DNA of 64,000 bases from Candidatus Omnitrophota bacterium (lineage in GTDB: Bacteria > Omnitrophota > Gorgyraeia > Zapsychrales > Fredricksoniimonadaceae): contig CAJARJ010000002.1 in the NCBI GenBank assembly GCA_903944345.1, positions 1,969 to 65,968 of the forward strand. The letters are read 5' to 3'. The position numbers and the translations under genes were made by a program. The notes under the pieces are model-generated. The model searched no databases, was not told the DNA's origin, and saw only the letters and a list, made by a program, of their open reading frames with translations. Positions 46,636 to 56,788 of this stretch are shown here, one piece after another. Within the stretch, counting starts at the first letter, position 1. Each line of letters begins with the position of its first letter.

Positions 46636-48414
46636 TCACTGGTTAAAATGAAAACTCGCCAGCTTCGCGTACAACGGCGAAGAATTCAGCAGCTGGTCAT
46701 GGGTGCCTTTCTGCACAATGGCCCCTTTGTCCATAACCAGAATACAGTCCGAATGCCGGATCGTTGAAAGGCGATGCGCGATCACAATGACCGTGCGGTT
46801 ACGCATCAGGTTATCCAGAGCCTGTTGCACCAGATGCTCCGACTCGGCATCCAGCGCGGAGGTCGCTTCGTCCAGCAGAAGAATGCGAGGATCACGTAAA
46901 ATGGCACGCGCAATGCACAGCCGCTGTTTTTGCCCGCCGGAAAGCTTGAAGCCGCGATCGCCGACAACCGTATCGAGTCCCTGCGGCATCTTGTCAATAA
47001 ACTCCAGCGCCAGCGCCTGCCGCGCTGCTTCCCGGATTTCCTCGTCGGTGGCGTCTAGCTTGCCGTACAACAGATTGCCGCGAATCGTATCATTAAACAG
47101 AATCATGTCCTGCGTAACCAGCGCCACATGCGCCCGCAGCGAAGCCAGAGTAACTTTCCTGATATCCTGGCTGTCAAAAGAAACCAAACCCGAGTCCGGG
47201 TCATAAAAACGCAGGATCATGTTCATAAGTGTTGTCTTGCCGCAGCCGGTCGGCCCAACCAGCGCCGTGGTCTGCCCGACCATAAAATCATGGGAGACCC
47301 CGTTAATGGTCCAGGCTGACTCGCCCTTGTTGTAACGAAAACGAACATTGGCAAAACTGATCTGTTTTACCGGCGCCAGACATGCAGCAGCGGCGGCGTC
47401 TTCGGTGATCGCGGACTTCCAGTCAAGAATATCGTACAATCTTTTGGATGAAGCCAGCGCCTGCTGGTTGGTCCCGTAAACTTCCGCCAGTTTCTTGATC
47501 GGACGCTGAATGCTGATGACCGATGAAAGAAACAGGGCAAAAACTCCGAAGGACATCTGCCCTTCCATAACATAACGCCCGCCCATCCAGAACACCGCCA
47601 CAACAGCCAGCGCCGCGAGCAGTTCGGTCACCGGGGATAAAACAAGATTGCGGCGGATCCCCTTGATCGTGGCGCGATACAGTTTACGGTTGGCCTGTTC
47701 AAAGCGGCCGATCTCGTGTTCTTCCCGGCCGAATGCCTTGACAATGGCTACTCCCTGGTTGCTCTCGGCAATCACCGAATTAAGGTCCGCCATGGATTCC
47801 TGCGACTGCAAAGACTGCTTCTTGATCGTTTTGCCAATCACATGAATAAGCAAACCGTTAATCGGAAAAATCACTGCGATCACCAGCACCATCTTCCAGC
47901 TGATCGTCAGGGCGATCCCGGCAAAAAGAATCGCCAGCAGAAACTGGTAAACCAGATCGGTCATCCCGTAGGAGATCGCATGCCCGACAAAACTGGTATC
48001 ATGGGTGATACGGCTCATCAGTTCGCCCTGACGCTTTTCGCTATAAAAGTCCAGCGACAATTCCTGGTACTTGCGAAACAGATCGCCGCGCACATCCATC
48101 ACCGTACGCTGCGCCAGCGTATTCATAAACAATCCGCGCAGGTAAACCGCCCCGCCTTTCAAGACATAAAACAGGGGAATAAAAAAGATTATTCCGTAAA
48201 ACAGCGTATAACGGTCAAGCTGGTTGAACTTCTCTGCCAGCTGAACCAGCGCAACGGGCAAACCCTGGGGCAAAATAACCGGCTTGTTGGTAAAAATCCG
48301 GTCTGCAAGCGGAACAATGGCACCAAACTGCAGGCCTTCAAAAAGCGCACAGGCAAACATGGAAAAAATCCCGCCGGCCAGATAATGCACGTTCCGGCGG
48401 GCCAAATGGATCAT
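46636..48414 (-). CDS. msbA: ABC transporter permease/ATPase, MsbA-like lipid A/LPS flippase
   Basis: Six-TM ABC exporter core + NBD with Walker A GPTGCGKTT, signature LSGGQKQRLCIARA, Walker B ILLLDEATSALD. Start MIHLARRNVHY at 48414. Confidence 0.8.
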   Translation of the reverse strand: MIHLARRNVHYLAGGIFSMFACALFEGLQFGAIVPLADRIFTNKPVILPQGLPVALVQLAEKFNQLDRYTLFYGIIFFIPLFYVLKGGAVYLRGLFMNTLAQRTVMDVRGDLFRKYQELSLDFYSEKRQGELMSRITHDTSFVGHAISYGMTDLVYQFLLAILFAGIALTISWKMVLVIAVIFPINGLLIHVIGKTIKKQSLQSQESMADLNSVIAESNQGVAIVKAFGREEHEIGRFEQANRKLYRATIKGIRRNLVLSPVTELLAALAVVAVFWMGGRYVMEGQMSFGVFALFLSSVISIQRPIKKLAEVYGTNQQALASSKRLYDILDWKSAITEDAAAAACLAPVKQISFANVRFRYNKGESAWTINGVSHDFMVGQTTALVGPTGCGKTTLMNMILRFYDPDSGLVSFDSQDIRKVTLASLRAHVALVTQDMILFNDTIRGNLLYGKLDATDEEIREAARQALALEFIDKMPQGLDTVVGDRGFKLSGGQKQRLCIARAILRDPRILLLDEATSALDAESEHLVQQALDNLMRNRTVIVIAHRLSTIRHSDCILVMDKGAIVQKGTHDQLLNSSPLYAKLASFHFNQ

Positions 48415-48428
48415 CCGCAAATATTCTT

Positions 48429-49598
48429 TCAAACCGTCAGTCCTTTCCGACGCAAATATGCCTCGACAACCTCCGCCGCATAATCCAGCTGGCTGATTTC
48501 TATGTCCTGATGAATGCCGATATGCGTGCCCTGGTCGCTGCAGTATTCGGCCTGAGGAAAATCCCCGATACGATGCCCCAAAAAAGCATAGCTCGGGCAC
48601 TGGGTAGGCATGGAATAAAACAGATTGCGTGAATCGACCCCCTGGCTTTCAATATAAGACACAAACTCGTCTTTCCCGAAAGGCAGCCCTTCCCGCAGGA
48701 TAATGGAAAAAGCATGGGGCCCGAGTTTTTCGTGCGCCTCTTCTTTGAGGGTAATAAAATACCGGTCAAGGCGGCGAAAACGGTCAATCAGATACAACAT
48801 GTTACGCCGGCGCGTCTCAAGGATCTGCCCGAATATATCCAGATTCCCCAGACCAACCGCCGCTTCAAGTTCGTTCATCTTGGAAGAAAACCCGATCCGG
48901 GAAAACGTAAACTTTCCGGTCATACCGTGATTGCGCAAAGAGCGCAGCGCCTCGGCTGTCTGCCCGCAATTAGTCAGGATCATTCCGCCTTCAATGGTCG
49001 TCACGATGTGCGCGGCATACAGGCTGAAACAGGACATGTCCCCGATCGCCCCGATCTTGCGCCCCTTGTACTCGGCCCCGTGCGCTTCGGCGGCATCCTC
49101 GATGATCCTGAGGTTGTGCCGACGGGCAATGGCACAGATCTCGTCCATAGCCGCCGGCTTGCCCATAAGATGCACCGGCATGATCGCCCGGGTGCGCGGC
49201 GTGATCTTCTCCTCGATAAGGGCGGGATCAATATTGAGCGAGTCTCTCTGGACATCCACAAAAACCGGGGTCAGTCCGGCCTGGAAGACCGCATTCCCCG
49301 TGGCCACAAAAGACAAGGCCGGCACAATGACTTCATCTCCACGACGGGCACCAAAATCATACAAGGCAGCACAGGCCAGGGCGTCCGCATCCGTTCCGCT
49401 GGAAACCGCCACACCATGCTTCATGCCGAACAGAGCGGCAAAACGCTCCTCAAATTCGTGCACATACTTGCCCTTGGTCACCCATTTGCTGTCCAGCGCT
49501 TCATTAATCAGCTGACGGGCTCGGGGGGTAATTGACACCGTCCCGAAAGGAACCTTGTATCCGGCTTTTTTTGACTCTTGCCCCGCGGCGAACTTCAT
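48429..49598 (-). CDS. DegT/DnrJ/EryC1-family PLP-dependent aminotransferase (second copy)
   Basis: ARQLINEALDSKWVTKGKYVHEFEERFAALFGMKHGVAVSSGTDA. Start MKFAAGQ at 49598. Confidence 0.8.
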   Translation of the reverse strand: MKFAAGQESKKAGYKVPFGTVSITPRARQLINEALDSKWVTKGKYVHEFEERFAALFGMKHGVAVSSGTDADALACAALYDFGARRGDEVIVPALSFVATGNAVFQAGLTPVFVDVQRDSLNIDPALIEEKITPRTRAIMPVHLMGKPAAMDEICAIARRHNLRIIEDAAEAHGAEYKGRKIGAIGDMSCFSLYAAHIVTTIEGGMILTNCGQTAEALRSLRNHGMTGKFTFSRIGFSSKMNELEAAVGLGNLDIFGQILETRRRNMLYLIDRFRRLDRYFITLKEEAHEKLGPHAFSIILREGLPFGKDEFVSYIESQGVDSRNLFYSMPTQCPSYAFLGHRIGDFPQAEYCSDQGTHIGIHQDIEISQLDYAAEVVEAYLRRKGLTV

Positions 49599-49629
49599 GC
49601 AAATTCTCCTTGTCTGCCAACCAACAGCC

Positions 49630-50355
49630 TCAAGCGGCTGGCTCAAGCATCTCGTTTAAATGTTTCTTCGCCCATTCAAAGCGTTCGGGCGTGCCAATAT
49701 CAATAAAGGGCGCATCGGTCTTGTAAGCAAAGAAACCCTGGCCGATCAGTTTCGGAAACACATCATATTCAATCGAAAATTTTCCGGCCGCAGGCATCTG
49801 ATCAAACAGGTTCCTGTGAAAGCAGTAAATGCCCGCACTGATATACTGTGTTTCCCGTGTCTCGAACTTTTCACGAAACGCGGTAATTTCCTCTTTATCA
49901 TTGATTTGCAGCGTTCCGAAATCCTTGTTGCCCTCGACACGCACCCCCACCAGGGACGCCTGGGCCTTGCGGCTGCGATGAAAGTCCAGCAGCGCCCTGT
50001 ATTGCAATGGTGTAAAACAGTCGCCGTTAAGCCCGAAACATATTTCGTTACGGACAAGCGCCCGGGCATTCTTGAATGCCCCGCCGGTTCCAAGCGGTTC
50101 GGTTTCAATTGAGAAATCCAGCTCGACTGACGGAAACTTGTTCTTGTAATGGCTGATCAGCGTTTCTGCCTTGTACCCGGCGCACAAAATAATCCGGCGC
50201 GCGCCCTGACGCGCCAGATAACGGATCAGGAAATCAAGAAACGGCTCGCCCTGAATCTCGGCCATGACTTTGGGCGTTTCGCCTGTCACGGCACGCAGCC
50301 TGGTACCAAGCCCTCCGCAAAGAATCAGAAAATCCGCAGCAATCGCTTCATTCAT
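49630..50355 (-). CDS. Sugar-phosphate nucleotidyltransferase (HddC / heptose-1-phosphate guanylyltransferase-like)
   Basis: FLILCGGLGTRLRAVTGETPKVMAEI nucleotidyltransferase motif, ~240 aa. Adjacent to a GHMP kinase. Confidence 0.7.
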   Translation of the reverse strand: MNEAIAADFLILCGGLGTRLRAVTGETPKVMAEIQGEPFLDFLIRYLARQGARRIILCAGYKAETLISHYKNKFPSVELDFSIETEPLGTGGAFKNARALVRNEICFGLNGDCFTPLQYRALLDFHRSRKAQASLVGVRVEGNKDFGTLQINDKEEITAFREKFETRETQYISAGIYCFHRNLFDQMPAAGKFSIEYDVFPKLIGQGFFAYKTDAPFIDIGTPERFEWAKKHLNEMLEPAA

Positions 50356-50368
50356 AACGTCTCACCTT

Positions 50369-51370
50369 TCACGCCACAACCCCGCTGTTGGGCTGATAGA
50401 AAATAATCTGACTCCCCAGGTTCTCGAACTTGAAAGGAATCTCGAGCAGCCCGGACAACGCCTGGCGCACCCATGGCTTGACTCCGGGTTCCGCGTAAAT
50501 CAGGATAAACCCGCCACCCCCGGCGCCCAGAATCTTTCCGCCCGCCGCCCCTGCCTTGCGTGCCCGCTCGTAGATTGTGTCGATCTCGGGTGTCGTAATC
50601 TTTTCGGACAGCGAACGCTTCAGCTCCCAGCTTTCGTGCAGAAGCCGTCCGAACAAAGGATAGTCCGCGGCACTGACTGCCTTGAGCGCTTCCTGCACCA
50701 GGCCGTACATCGTCGTCAACTCGGAGGTCCTGTTAGGAATATTGCGAATCTGGTGCACCGCGACTTCCGAAGCCATCCGCGAGAACCCGGTGAAAAAAAG
50801 CATCAGATGTTCCTGCAACCCGTCGGTAACCGTTTTGGGCGCGGTCACCTGACGCACCGCCGGCGTACCGTCATGGGAAAACTCAATATAATTCAGACCA
50901 CCGAAAGCCGCCAGCACCTGATCCTGACAGCCGACATTTTCCCTGATCATGCTCTGCTCGATATGAATGGCTTCCCGGGCGAGCTGCTCCTTGGTGGCCA
51001 TCGACCCGCGCAAGGCATAAAGCACGTTAAGCAAGCCTACAGTAAAAGAAGAGCTGGATCCCAGTCCGGCCCTGGCCGGGAGATCTCCGTCATGGTGGAT
51101 CTCCACGCCCTCCTGGATCTTGAGAAAACGCAAGGTCTCGCGTACGGACGGATGCTCAATCTCGTCAATCGACTGACGGACATGCTCCATCCGGGAATAA
51201 ATGATCCGCGAACGATGCTCGAAAAACGGCGGAAGATACCGGGCGGTGATATAACAGTATTTGTCAATTGTCGTGCCCAGAACTGCACCGGGGTGCTCCC
51301 TGAGCCAGGCAGGGTAATCGGTTCCTCCACCAAAAAAAGACACACGAAAAGGCGTCCGGCTGATAATCAT
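50369..51370 (-). CDS. GHMP-family sugar kinase (D-glycero-D-manno-heptose 7-phosphate kinase HddA-like)
   Basis: MIISRTPFRVSFFGGGTDYPAWL N-terminus and GHMP motif LPARAGLGSSSSFTVGLL. Confidence 0.75.
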   Translation of the reverse strand: MIISRTPFRVSFFGGGTDYPAWLREHPGAVLGTTIDKYCYITARYLPPFFEHRSRIIYSRMEHVRQSIDEIEHPSVRETLRFLKIQEGVEIHHDGDLPARAGLGSSSSFTVGLLNVLYALRGSMATKEQLAREAIHIEQSMIRENVGCQDQVLAAFGGLNYIEFSHDGTPAVRQVTAPKTVTDGLQEHLMLFFTGFSRMASEVAVHQIRNIPNRTSELTTMYGLVQEALKAVSAADYPLFGRLLHESWELKRSLSEKITTPEIDTIYERARKAGAAGGKILGAGGGGFILIYAEPGVKPWVRQALSGLLEIPFKFENLGSQIIFYQPNSGVVA

Positions 51371-51418
51371 GCAATTCTCTCTTTAACCCGGGCGCAGGAA
51401 CATTTTAGCCCGGCAAGG

Positions 51419-52351
51419 TTACACGTTGGAATACTGATTGCGCCGCAGGACCTGGTAAGCCTTGACCAGTTCCGCAATACCGTCGGACAAAGAAACATCC
51501 GGCTTGAACCCGGTTCGCTCAATCTTCTCGTTGGAAACGATATAATCACGCTTGTCGGGATCTTCCCCGACAGCCGCCTCAACAAAATAAAAATCCGGGA
51601 CATGCTTTTTAATGGCCTCACACAACTCCAGCTTGCTGATATTCGCGTCGCTCAGCCCGACATTATAGGCTTCACCTTTCATCGCAGAAAAATTCTCCAT
51701 TGCATGCATAAACGCCTTGGCCACGTCACGCACATGGATAAAATTGCGCTTGAAGTGCGCCTCAAACAACACGACAAAACGATCCTGAACCGCGCGATAC
51801 ACAAAATCATTCACCAGAAGATCAAGCCGCATGCGCGGACTGGCTCCAAAAGCCGTAGCCAGACGAAGGGTCACGCCATGCCCGCTGTCGAGCACAATTT
51901 TCTCGGCTTCACACTTGAGCCGGCCATAAACGGAGATCGGCCGCAGCGGCGTTTCTTCCGTACAAAACTTGCCCTGTTCCCCGATACCATAACCACTGTT
52001 GGTCGTGGGAAAAACTATTGGCTGCTGGCGGGACGACAACTCCGCAACAAGCCTGACCGCGTCAACCAGAATTGTCTGCGCCGAAAAAGGATCTTTGGCA
52101 CATAAAGGCGCTCCGGTCAGGCAGGCCAGCGGGAATATCGCATCAACCGCGGGAACCAGTCTGGACAAAACCGCGCGGTCACGGACATCGCCGCGAATCA
52201 GGGTCAAACGAGCATCATGGCAAATATCCAGTAACGGTGTCTGGCTGTACATAAAATTATCCAGCACCGTAACACTATGCCCTTCCTGCAAAAGCCGCGG
52301 CACCATGACCGCTCCAAGATATCCGGCTCCTCCGGTCACCAAAATTTTCAT
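51419..52351 (-). CDS. NAD-dependent nucleotide-sugar epimerase/dehydratase (extended SDR)
   Basis: MKILVTGGAGYLG and YxxxK (VYGRLKCEAE). Start at 52351. Confidence 0.75.
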   Translation of the reverse strand: MKILVTGGAGYLGAVMVPRLLQEGHSVTVLDNFMYSQTPLLDICHDARLTLIRGDVRDRAVLSRLVPAVDAIFPLACLTGAPLCAKDPFSAQTILVDAVRLVAELSSRQQPIVFPTTNSGYGIGEQGKFCTEETPLRPISVYGRLKCEAEKIVLDSGHGVTLRLATAFGASPRMRLDLLVNDFVYRAVQDRFVVLFEAHFKRNFIHVRDVAKAFMHAMENFSAMKGEAYNVGLSDANISKLELCEAIKKHVPDFYFVEAAVGEDPDKRDYIVSNEKIERTGFKPDVSLSDGIAELVKAYQVLRRNQYSNV

Positions 52352-52446
52352 ATTTCCTCCAGGCTTCATCCATGAGCCGAGACAAGATCGGCCCCTACAC
52401 CCACATCACACCTAACCATCCCGCAAACCATCCGACCGAAAAAAAA

Positions 52447-53361
52447 TTATTCCGGATCCTGCGCAAACAATGCTGCAACTCCCTGCGCCAGCGAAATGCC
52501 CGGCCGCCAGCCAAGGGCATTGAGGCGAGAACTATCCAGCAGTTTTCGCGGCGCACCATCCGGCCTGGACGTGTCCCAGCAAATCCGTCCATTATAACCG
52601 GCACTGCCTGCCACCAAGCCGGCCAGTTCACGAATCGAAATATCTTCGCCCGCTCCGATATTAACCGGAGCGTCATCATCATAGCGTTCAAGCAGGAAAG
52701 CACAAGCGCTGGCAAGGTCGTCTGCGTGCATAAACTCACGCCGGGGACTCCCGCTGCCCCAAAGCGTAATTTCCGGCAAACCCTCCCGGACGGCCTGGCG
52801 CACCCGGCTGACCAGAGCCTCCAGCACATGGGACTCTTGCTGCCCCTCCCCTCCGGGACCGTAAACCGTGGCCGGAATCCCGACAATCGCATGAAACCCG
52901 TACTGCCGGCGGTAAGCCTGGCATAACACCATGCCGGCCGCCTTGGCCAAAGAATACGGCTCGGAGGTCTTTTCCATCGGACCGGAAAAAAGGTCATCTT
53001 CCTTCATCGGCTGGGAGCAATCTCTGGGATAAACGCAGGAGGCCGCAAGATAAAGCAACTTTTTAACTCCGTGCCGGAAAGAAGCATCAATAATATTGTT
53101 CTGCACCTGGAGATTTTCATACATGAATTCGGCCGGATACGCCTGGTTGGCCCCGATACCCCCCGAACGAACAGATGTCAGAATAACCCGTTCCACCGGA
53201 CAAGAACAAAAAAACGCCTCCACCGCTCCCCGATCCTGCACATTGAGCCCCACCCTCGCCGAGGAAATAACCCTCACCCCGGTCAATGAAAAATGAGCAA
53301 AAAGCTCCGCCTCCGTACAATCCCGATGCCCGACAATCAAAAGAACCGGATCATTTTTCAT
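52447..53361 (-). CDS. GDP-L-fucose synthase-like 3,5-epimerase/4-reductase (Fcl family)
   Basis: ASSCVYPRD, YSLAKAAG (YxxxK) and the overall Fcl/GER length. N-terminal Rossmann motif is atypical (LLIVGHRDCTE). Confidence 0.65.
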   Translation of the reverse strand: MKNDPVLLIVGHRDCTEAELFAHFSLTGVRVISSARVGLNVQDRGAVEAFFCSCPVERVILTSVRSGGIGANQAYPAEFMYENLQVQNNIIDASFRHGVKKLLYLAASCVYPRDCSQPMKEDDLFSGPMEKTSEPYSLAKAAGMVLCQAYRRQYGFHAIVGIPATVYGPGGEGQQESHVLEALVSRVRQAVREGLPEITLWGSGSPRREFMHADDLASACAFLLERYDDDAPVNIGAGEDISIRELAGLVAGSAGYNGRICWDTSRPDGAPRKLLDSSRLNALGWRPGISLAQGVAALFAQDPE

Positions 53362-53887
53362 TGTAAAAATTTCCCTCTTCGATGATCAGCGTCGAACGCC
53401 CGTCGCCGCGCAAATACGCACGCTCGTAAGCAGGAAAAATTTCTTGCGGTTCGTTAACCTCGACCACCTCGATCCAGTCAAACATCCGGCGAAACGCCTG
53501 GACAAAGTTGCCGACATGCTGGTGTCCGGGATGCACCGGTTTGAAAGGACCGGTAGCCACACGGATTATAATCTTGGCGGAAGCCTCGCCGCCGCTCATC
53601 GCCGAAAGCTTATCCACCATATTGGACATGTCCCCCAGGGCCAACAGCAAAAAGTTCTGCCTTGGATAAACTGACACCGGAACATATCCTTCCAGTGCCA
53701 GGCCCAGGGAAAACTGCATCTGGAAACTTTCATTAACCGGGAATTCCAAAGCACGGTCTTTGGGCACATCACGCAAAGTCTGATACATGAACGTTCCGGG
53801 CACCGCCGCTGTCTGCCCGATAAAAAGAGTATCCGGCTGCTCTGCCAGCCATTCCATGGTGCGTTTTAGTTCGTCAAAATATTTCAT
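53351..53887 (-). CDS. Small TPP-enzyme subunit, E1-beta/transketolase Pyr-domain-like (178 aa)
   Basis: N-terminus LKRTMEWLAEQPDTLFIGQ resembles the start of dehydrogenase E1 beta / transketolase Pyr domain. Truncated compared with canonical E1 beta. Confidence 0.5.
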   Translation of the reverse strand: MKYFDELKRTMEWLAEQPDTLFIGQTAAVPGTFMYQTLRDVPKDRALEFPVNESFQMQFSLGLALEGYVPVSVYPRQNFLLLALGDMSNMVDKLSAMSGGEASAKIIIRVATGPFKPVHPGHQHVGNFVQAFRRMFDWIEVVEVNEPQEIFPAYERAYLRGDGRSTLIIEEGNFYNEK

Positions 53888-53888
53888 G

Positions 53889-54527
53889 TCAGAATTTGAT
53901 CAGTTTGCCCAGACCCGAGTGCGGCCAGGCATTGGTATAACGAAAATATTCGATCTTGCTTTCAAAACGGGTCCCCTTGAACCACGGATCGGCAGATCCC
54001 CAGGCCGCACGCGTGTCGGTCATGACACTCAGGCCATTGTCCGAAACCACAAAAACCGCCGGAAGATCGAAGTTACAAATATACTTGACCGCTTCATGAA
54101 AAATCCCGGTCTCGGCGGACATATCCCCGCAGAAAAGAAAAACCCGCCCGGCCTTACCCCTGCGCTTGAGGGCCCAGGCCGCACCGGCTGCGGTCCCCAT
54201 CAGGCTGCCGACAATCCCGGAACAGTAAACCTTGTACTGCGGAAAGATCAGGGCAATGCTATGCCCGTCAACAATCGACTGCTTGACCTGTTCGCGGGGA
54301 ACTCCCTTGAGCAGGCACAATTCATGCGAATCCCAAAAACCGAAAACATAATCGTCAGGGCCAATATCATATTTACGAAAAATCCGGATAAGCTCGTGTT
54401 CCCGCCCGGCCCGCAGATGCACCGGCGCGGCAATAAGCCCCTGGGCAAAAATTCCGGCTATTTCATTTTCAAAAGCCGTCAGGTCTTCCGGTTGATATTC
54501 CGTCATTTTTTCTTTTTCCCGGCGCAA
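53889..54527 (-). CDS. Small TPP-binding subunit, E1-alpha/transketolase PP-domain-like (212 aa)
   Basis: TPP-binding GDG...N pattern in [59 protein letters not shown]. Confidence 0.5.
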   Translation of the reverse strand: MRREKEKMTEYQPEDLTAFENEIAGIFAQGLIAAPVHLRAGREHELIRIFRKYDIGPDDYVFGFWDSHELCLLKGVPREQVKQSIVDGHSIALIFPQYKVYCSGIVGSLMGTAAGAAWALKRRGKAGRVFLFCGDMSAETGIFHEAVKYICNFDLPAVFVVSDNGLSVMTDTRAAWGSADPWFKGTRFESKIEYFRYTNAWPHSGLGKLIKF

Positions 54528-55468
54528 GCCAGCTCCGAACGAAACCAGGCTATTGTCCTGGTCAAGCCTTGCTCCAGATCAATCTTAGGCTCCCAGCCCA
54601 GCCGGGTCCGGGCAACCGTAATATCCGGCCGGCGCTGTTTGGGATCGTCTTCGGGCAACGGCTCGTGCACAATCCGGCTTTTGCTTCCGGTCAACTTCAG
54701 CACCTGACGGGCAAACTCGAGCATGGTAAACTCCCCGGGATTCCCGATATTCACCGGCCCCGGCTCGGACGAAAACAAAAGCCGCAAAATCCCGTCAGCT
54801 TCGTCCTCGACATAACAAAACGAACGCGTCTGGCGGCCATCACCGTAAACCGTTAACGGCTCTCCCTTGATGGCTTGACAAATAAAATTAGGAACAACCC
54901 GTCCGTCATTCATATTCATCCTGGGCCCATAGGTATTAAAAATCCGGACAACACGGGTGTCCACCTTGAACGTACGCCGGTAAGCAAACACCGCTGCCTC
55001 GGCATACCGCTTGGCTTCATCGTAAACACTGCGCGAACCAATCGGATTGACATGTCCCCAGTAAGTTTCTTTCTGGGGGTGCTCCTTGGGGTCACCATAA
55101 ACTTCCGAGGTTGAGGTCAAAAGGTAAACCGCTTTCTTGGTACGGGCCAGCTCCAGTGTCTGGTGGGTTCCCTGGGAACCGACGAGCAATGTTTCTATTG
55201 GATAATTCAGATAATCCACCGGACTAGCCGGAGAGGCGCAATGCATGACATAGTCCACCCGTCCGGCAATCTTGAAGGGGCGTGACACATCCTGCTTGAT
55301 AAAAACAAAATCCTTGTTCCCGAGCAAATGGGCAATATTAGCCTTTTTGCCGGTAATAAAATTGTCCAGACAGATCACGCGGTGCCCGCGCTCGATCAAC
55401 TGGTCGCACATATGGCTGGCCAGAAACCCTGCCCCGCCGGTCACGACTGTAACTTTCTTTGCTGGCAT
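54503..55468 (-). CDS. UDP-glucuronate decarboxylase (UDP-xylose synthase family SDR)
   Basis: [27 protein letters not shown], and YDEAKR are UXS/ArnA-decarboxylase family signatures. Confidence 0.8.
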   Translation of the reverse strand: MPAKKVTVVTGGAGFLASHMCDQLIERGHRVICLDNFITGKKANIAHLLGNKDFVFIKQDVSRPFKIAGRVDYVMHCASPASPVDYLNYPIETLLVGSQGTHQTLELARTKKAVYLLTSTSEVYGDPKEHPQKETYWGHVNPIGSRSVYDEAKRYAEAAVFAYRRTFKVDTRVVRIFNTYGPRMNMNDGRVVPNFICQAIKGEPLTVYGDGRQTRSFCYVEDEADGILRLLFSSEPGPVNIGNPGEFTMLEFARQVLKLTGSKSRIVHEPLPEDDPKQRRPDITVARTRLGWEPKIDLEQGLTRTIAWFRSELACAGKKKK

Positions 55469-55486
55469 ACATTCCTTTCAGGTGTG

Positions 55487-56788
55487 TCAAAGCCGGGTAA
55501 TTTTGTCCGACCGTATCCCCTGGTAAATATTTTTTACATCAAAAACCGCCTGTGCGTGTTTGAGCACCTTCTTGTAATCAATTCCGCTGTGATCCACAGC
55601 CGCCACCACACAATCCTGCTGCGCGATCAATCCGGGCGTAAGCGCAACACCTTCCATCTTGAGTCCGTCAATATGCAGATACGGAATAAGCGGATCATGA
55701 AACTGCACCTGAACCCCGGCCTTGCCCAGCACATCAATAAAATGCACGGCCGGCGACTTGCGCAAATCCCTGACGTCTTTTTTGTACGTCACGCCCAAAA
55801 CCAGCACCCTGGCGCCCTTCAAGTCCCGGCCACTAACGGCCAGCAGTTCCTGTACCCGGGAGAGCGCGTACCGGGGCATTGCCGTATTAATGTCCGCAGA
55901 CAATTTAATAAACTTGGACGAGAAACCCCTTTGCCTGGCTTTCCAGTAAAGATAAATAGGGTCTTCGGGGATACAATGCCCGCCCACTCCGAGCCCGGGA
56001 TAAAAAGGCATAAACCCGAAAGGCTTGGTTTTGGCTGCATCAATGGCCTCCCAGATATCAATATGCATGGCCCGGCACATCATCGCCGCCTCATTGACCC
56101 AGCTGATATTGATCAGGCGAAACGTGTTCTCCAGAAGCTTGGCCATTTCGGCCGCCCGCGGCGAGGACACTGTATGAATATGGGGAATAACTGTTTTGTA
56201 CAAAGTCGCGGCAGTTTCATTGCACGCAGCCGTCACTCCGCCAAGAACCTTGGGGATGGCAGAAAGCTTGTGCGTGGTATTTCCGGGATCAATCCGTTCC
56301 GGTGAAAAAGCCAAAAAAATATCACGGCCGACTTTCAGCCCGCTTTTCTCGAGTTCGGGCATGATCAGTTCCTCGGTGGTGCCGGGATAGGTGGTGCTTT
56401 CCAGAACAACCAGCGTCCCCTTGCTCAAATGGGCCGCAACCGAACGCACCGCCGACAAAATAAATGAAATATCAGGAGTGTACCGGCGCTTGATCGGAGT
56501 CGGAACGCAGATGATAACCGCCCGGCAATCGTGCACAAGCGCAAAATCCGAGGAAGGGACAAAAGTTTTCTTCTTCAACTGACGGGAAATGTCTTGGTCG
56601 GCAACATCGGTTATATAGCTGCAGCCTTCCGCCAGACGGCGAATCTTGTCCGCACTGGTGTCGATTCCGTAGGTCACAAACCCCTTCGCCGCAAACGTCA
56701 GCGCGAGGGGCAAGCCCACATACCCCTGGCCGATAACCGCAATACGCAGTTTCCGTTCGGCGATGCTTTTAAGCAGGGCTTTACGCAT
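55487..56788 (-). CDS. Nucleotide-sugar dehydrogenase (UDP-GlcNAc/ManNAc 6-dehydrogenase WbpA/WecC-like)
   Basis: IAVIGQGYVGLPLA Rossmann motif, catalytic Cys region GGHCIPEDP. UDPG/MGDP-dehydrogenase family, distinct from the adjacent Ugd. Confidence 0.8.
   Translation of the reverse strand: MRKALLKSIAERKLRIAVIGQGYVGLPLALTFAAKGFVTYGIDTSADKIRRLAEGCSYITDVADQDISRQLKKKTFVPSSDFALVHDCRAVIICVPTPIKRRYTPDISFILSAVRSVAAHLSKGTLVVLESTTYPGTTEELIMPELEKSGLKVGRDIFLAFSPERIDPGNTTHKLSAIPKVLGGVTAACNETAATLYKTVIPHIHTVSSPRAAEMAKLLENTFRLINISWVNEAAMMCRAMHIDIWEAIDAAKTKPFGFMPFYPGLGVGGHCIPEDPIYLYWKARQRGFSSKFIKLSADINTAMPRYALSRVQELLAVSGRDLKGARVLVLGVTYKKDVRDLRKSPAVHFIDVLGKAGVQVQFHDPLIPYLHIDGLKMEGVALTPGLIAQQDCVVAAVDHSGIDYKKVLKHAQAVFDVKNIYQGIRSDKITRL

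Noticed and set aside
50264-52105. 613-aa plus-strand ORF
   Set aside because: It lies antisense to the GHMP kinase and SDR genes, which have strong homology. The product is low-complexity and Arg/Pro-rich, typical of a shadow ORF in GC-rich DNA.
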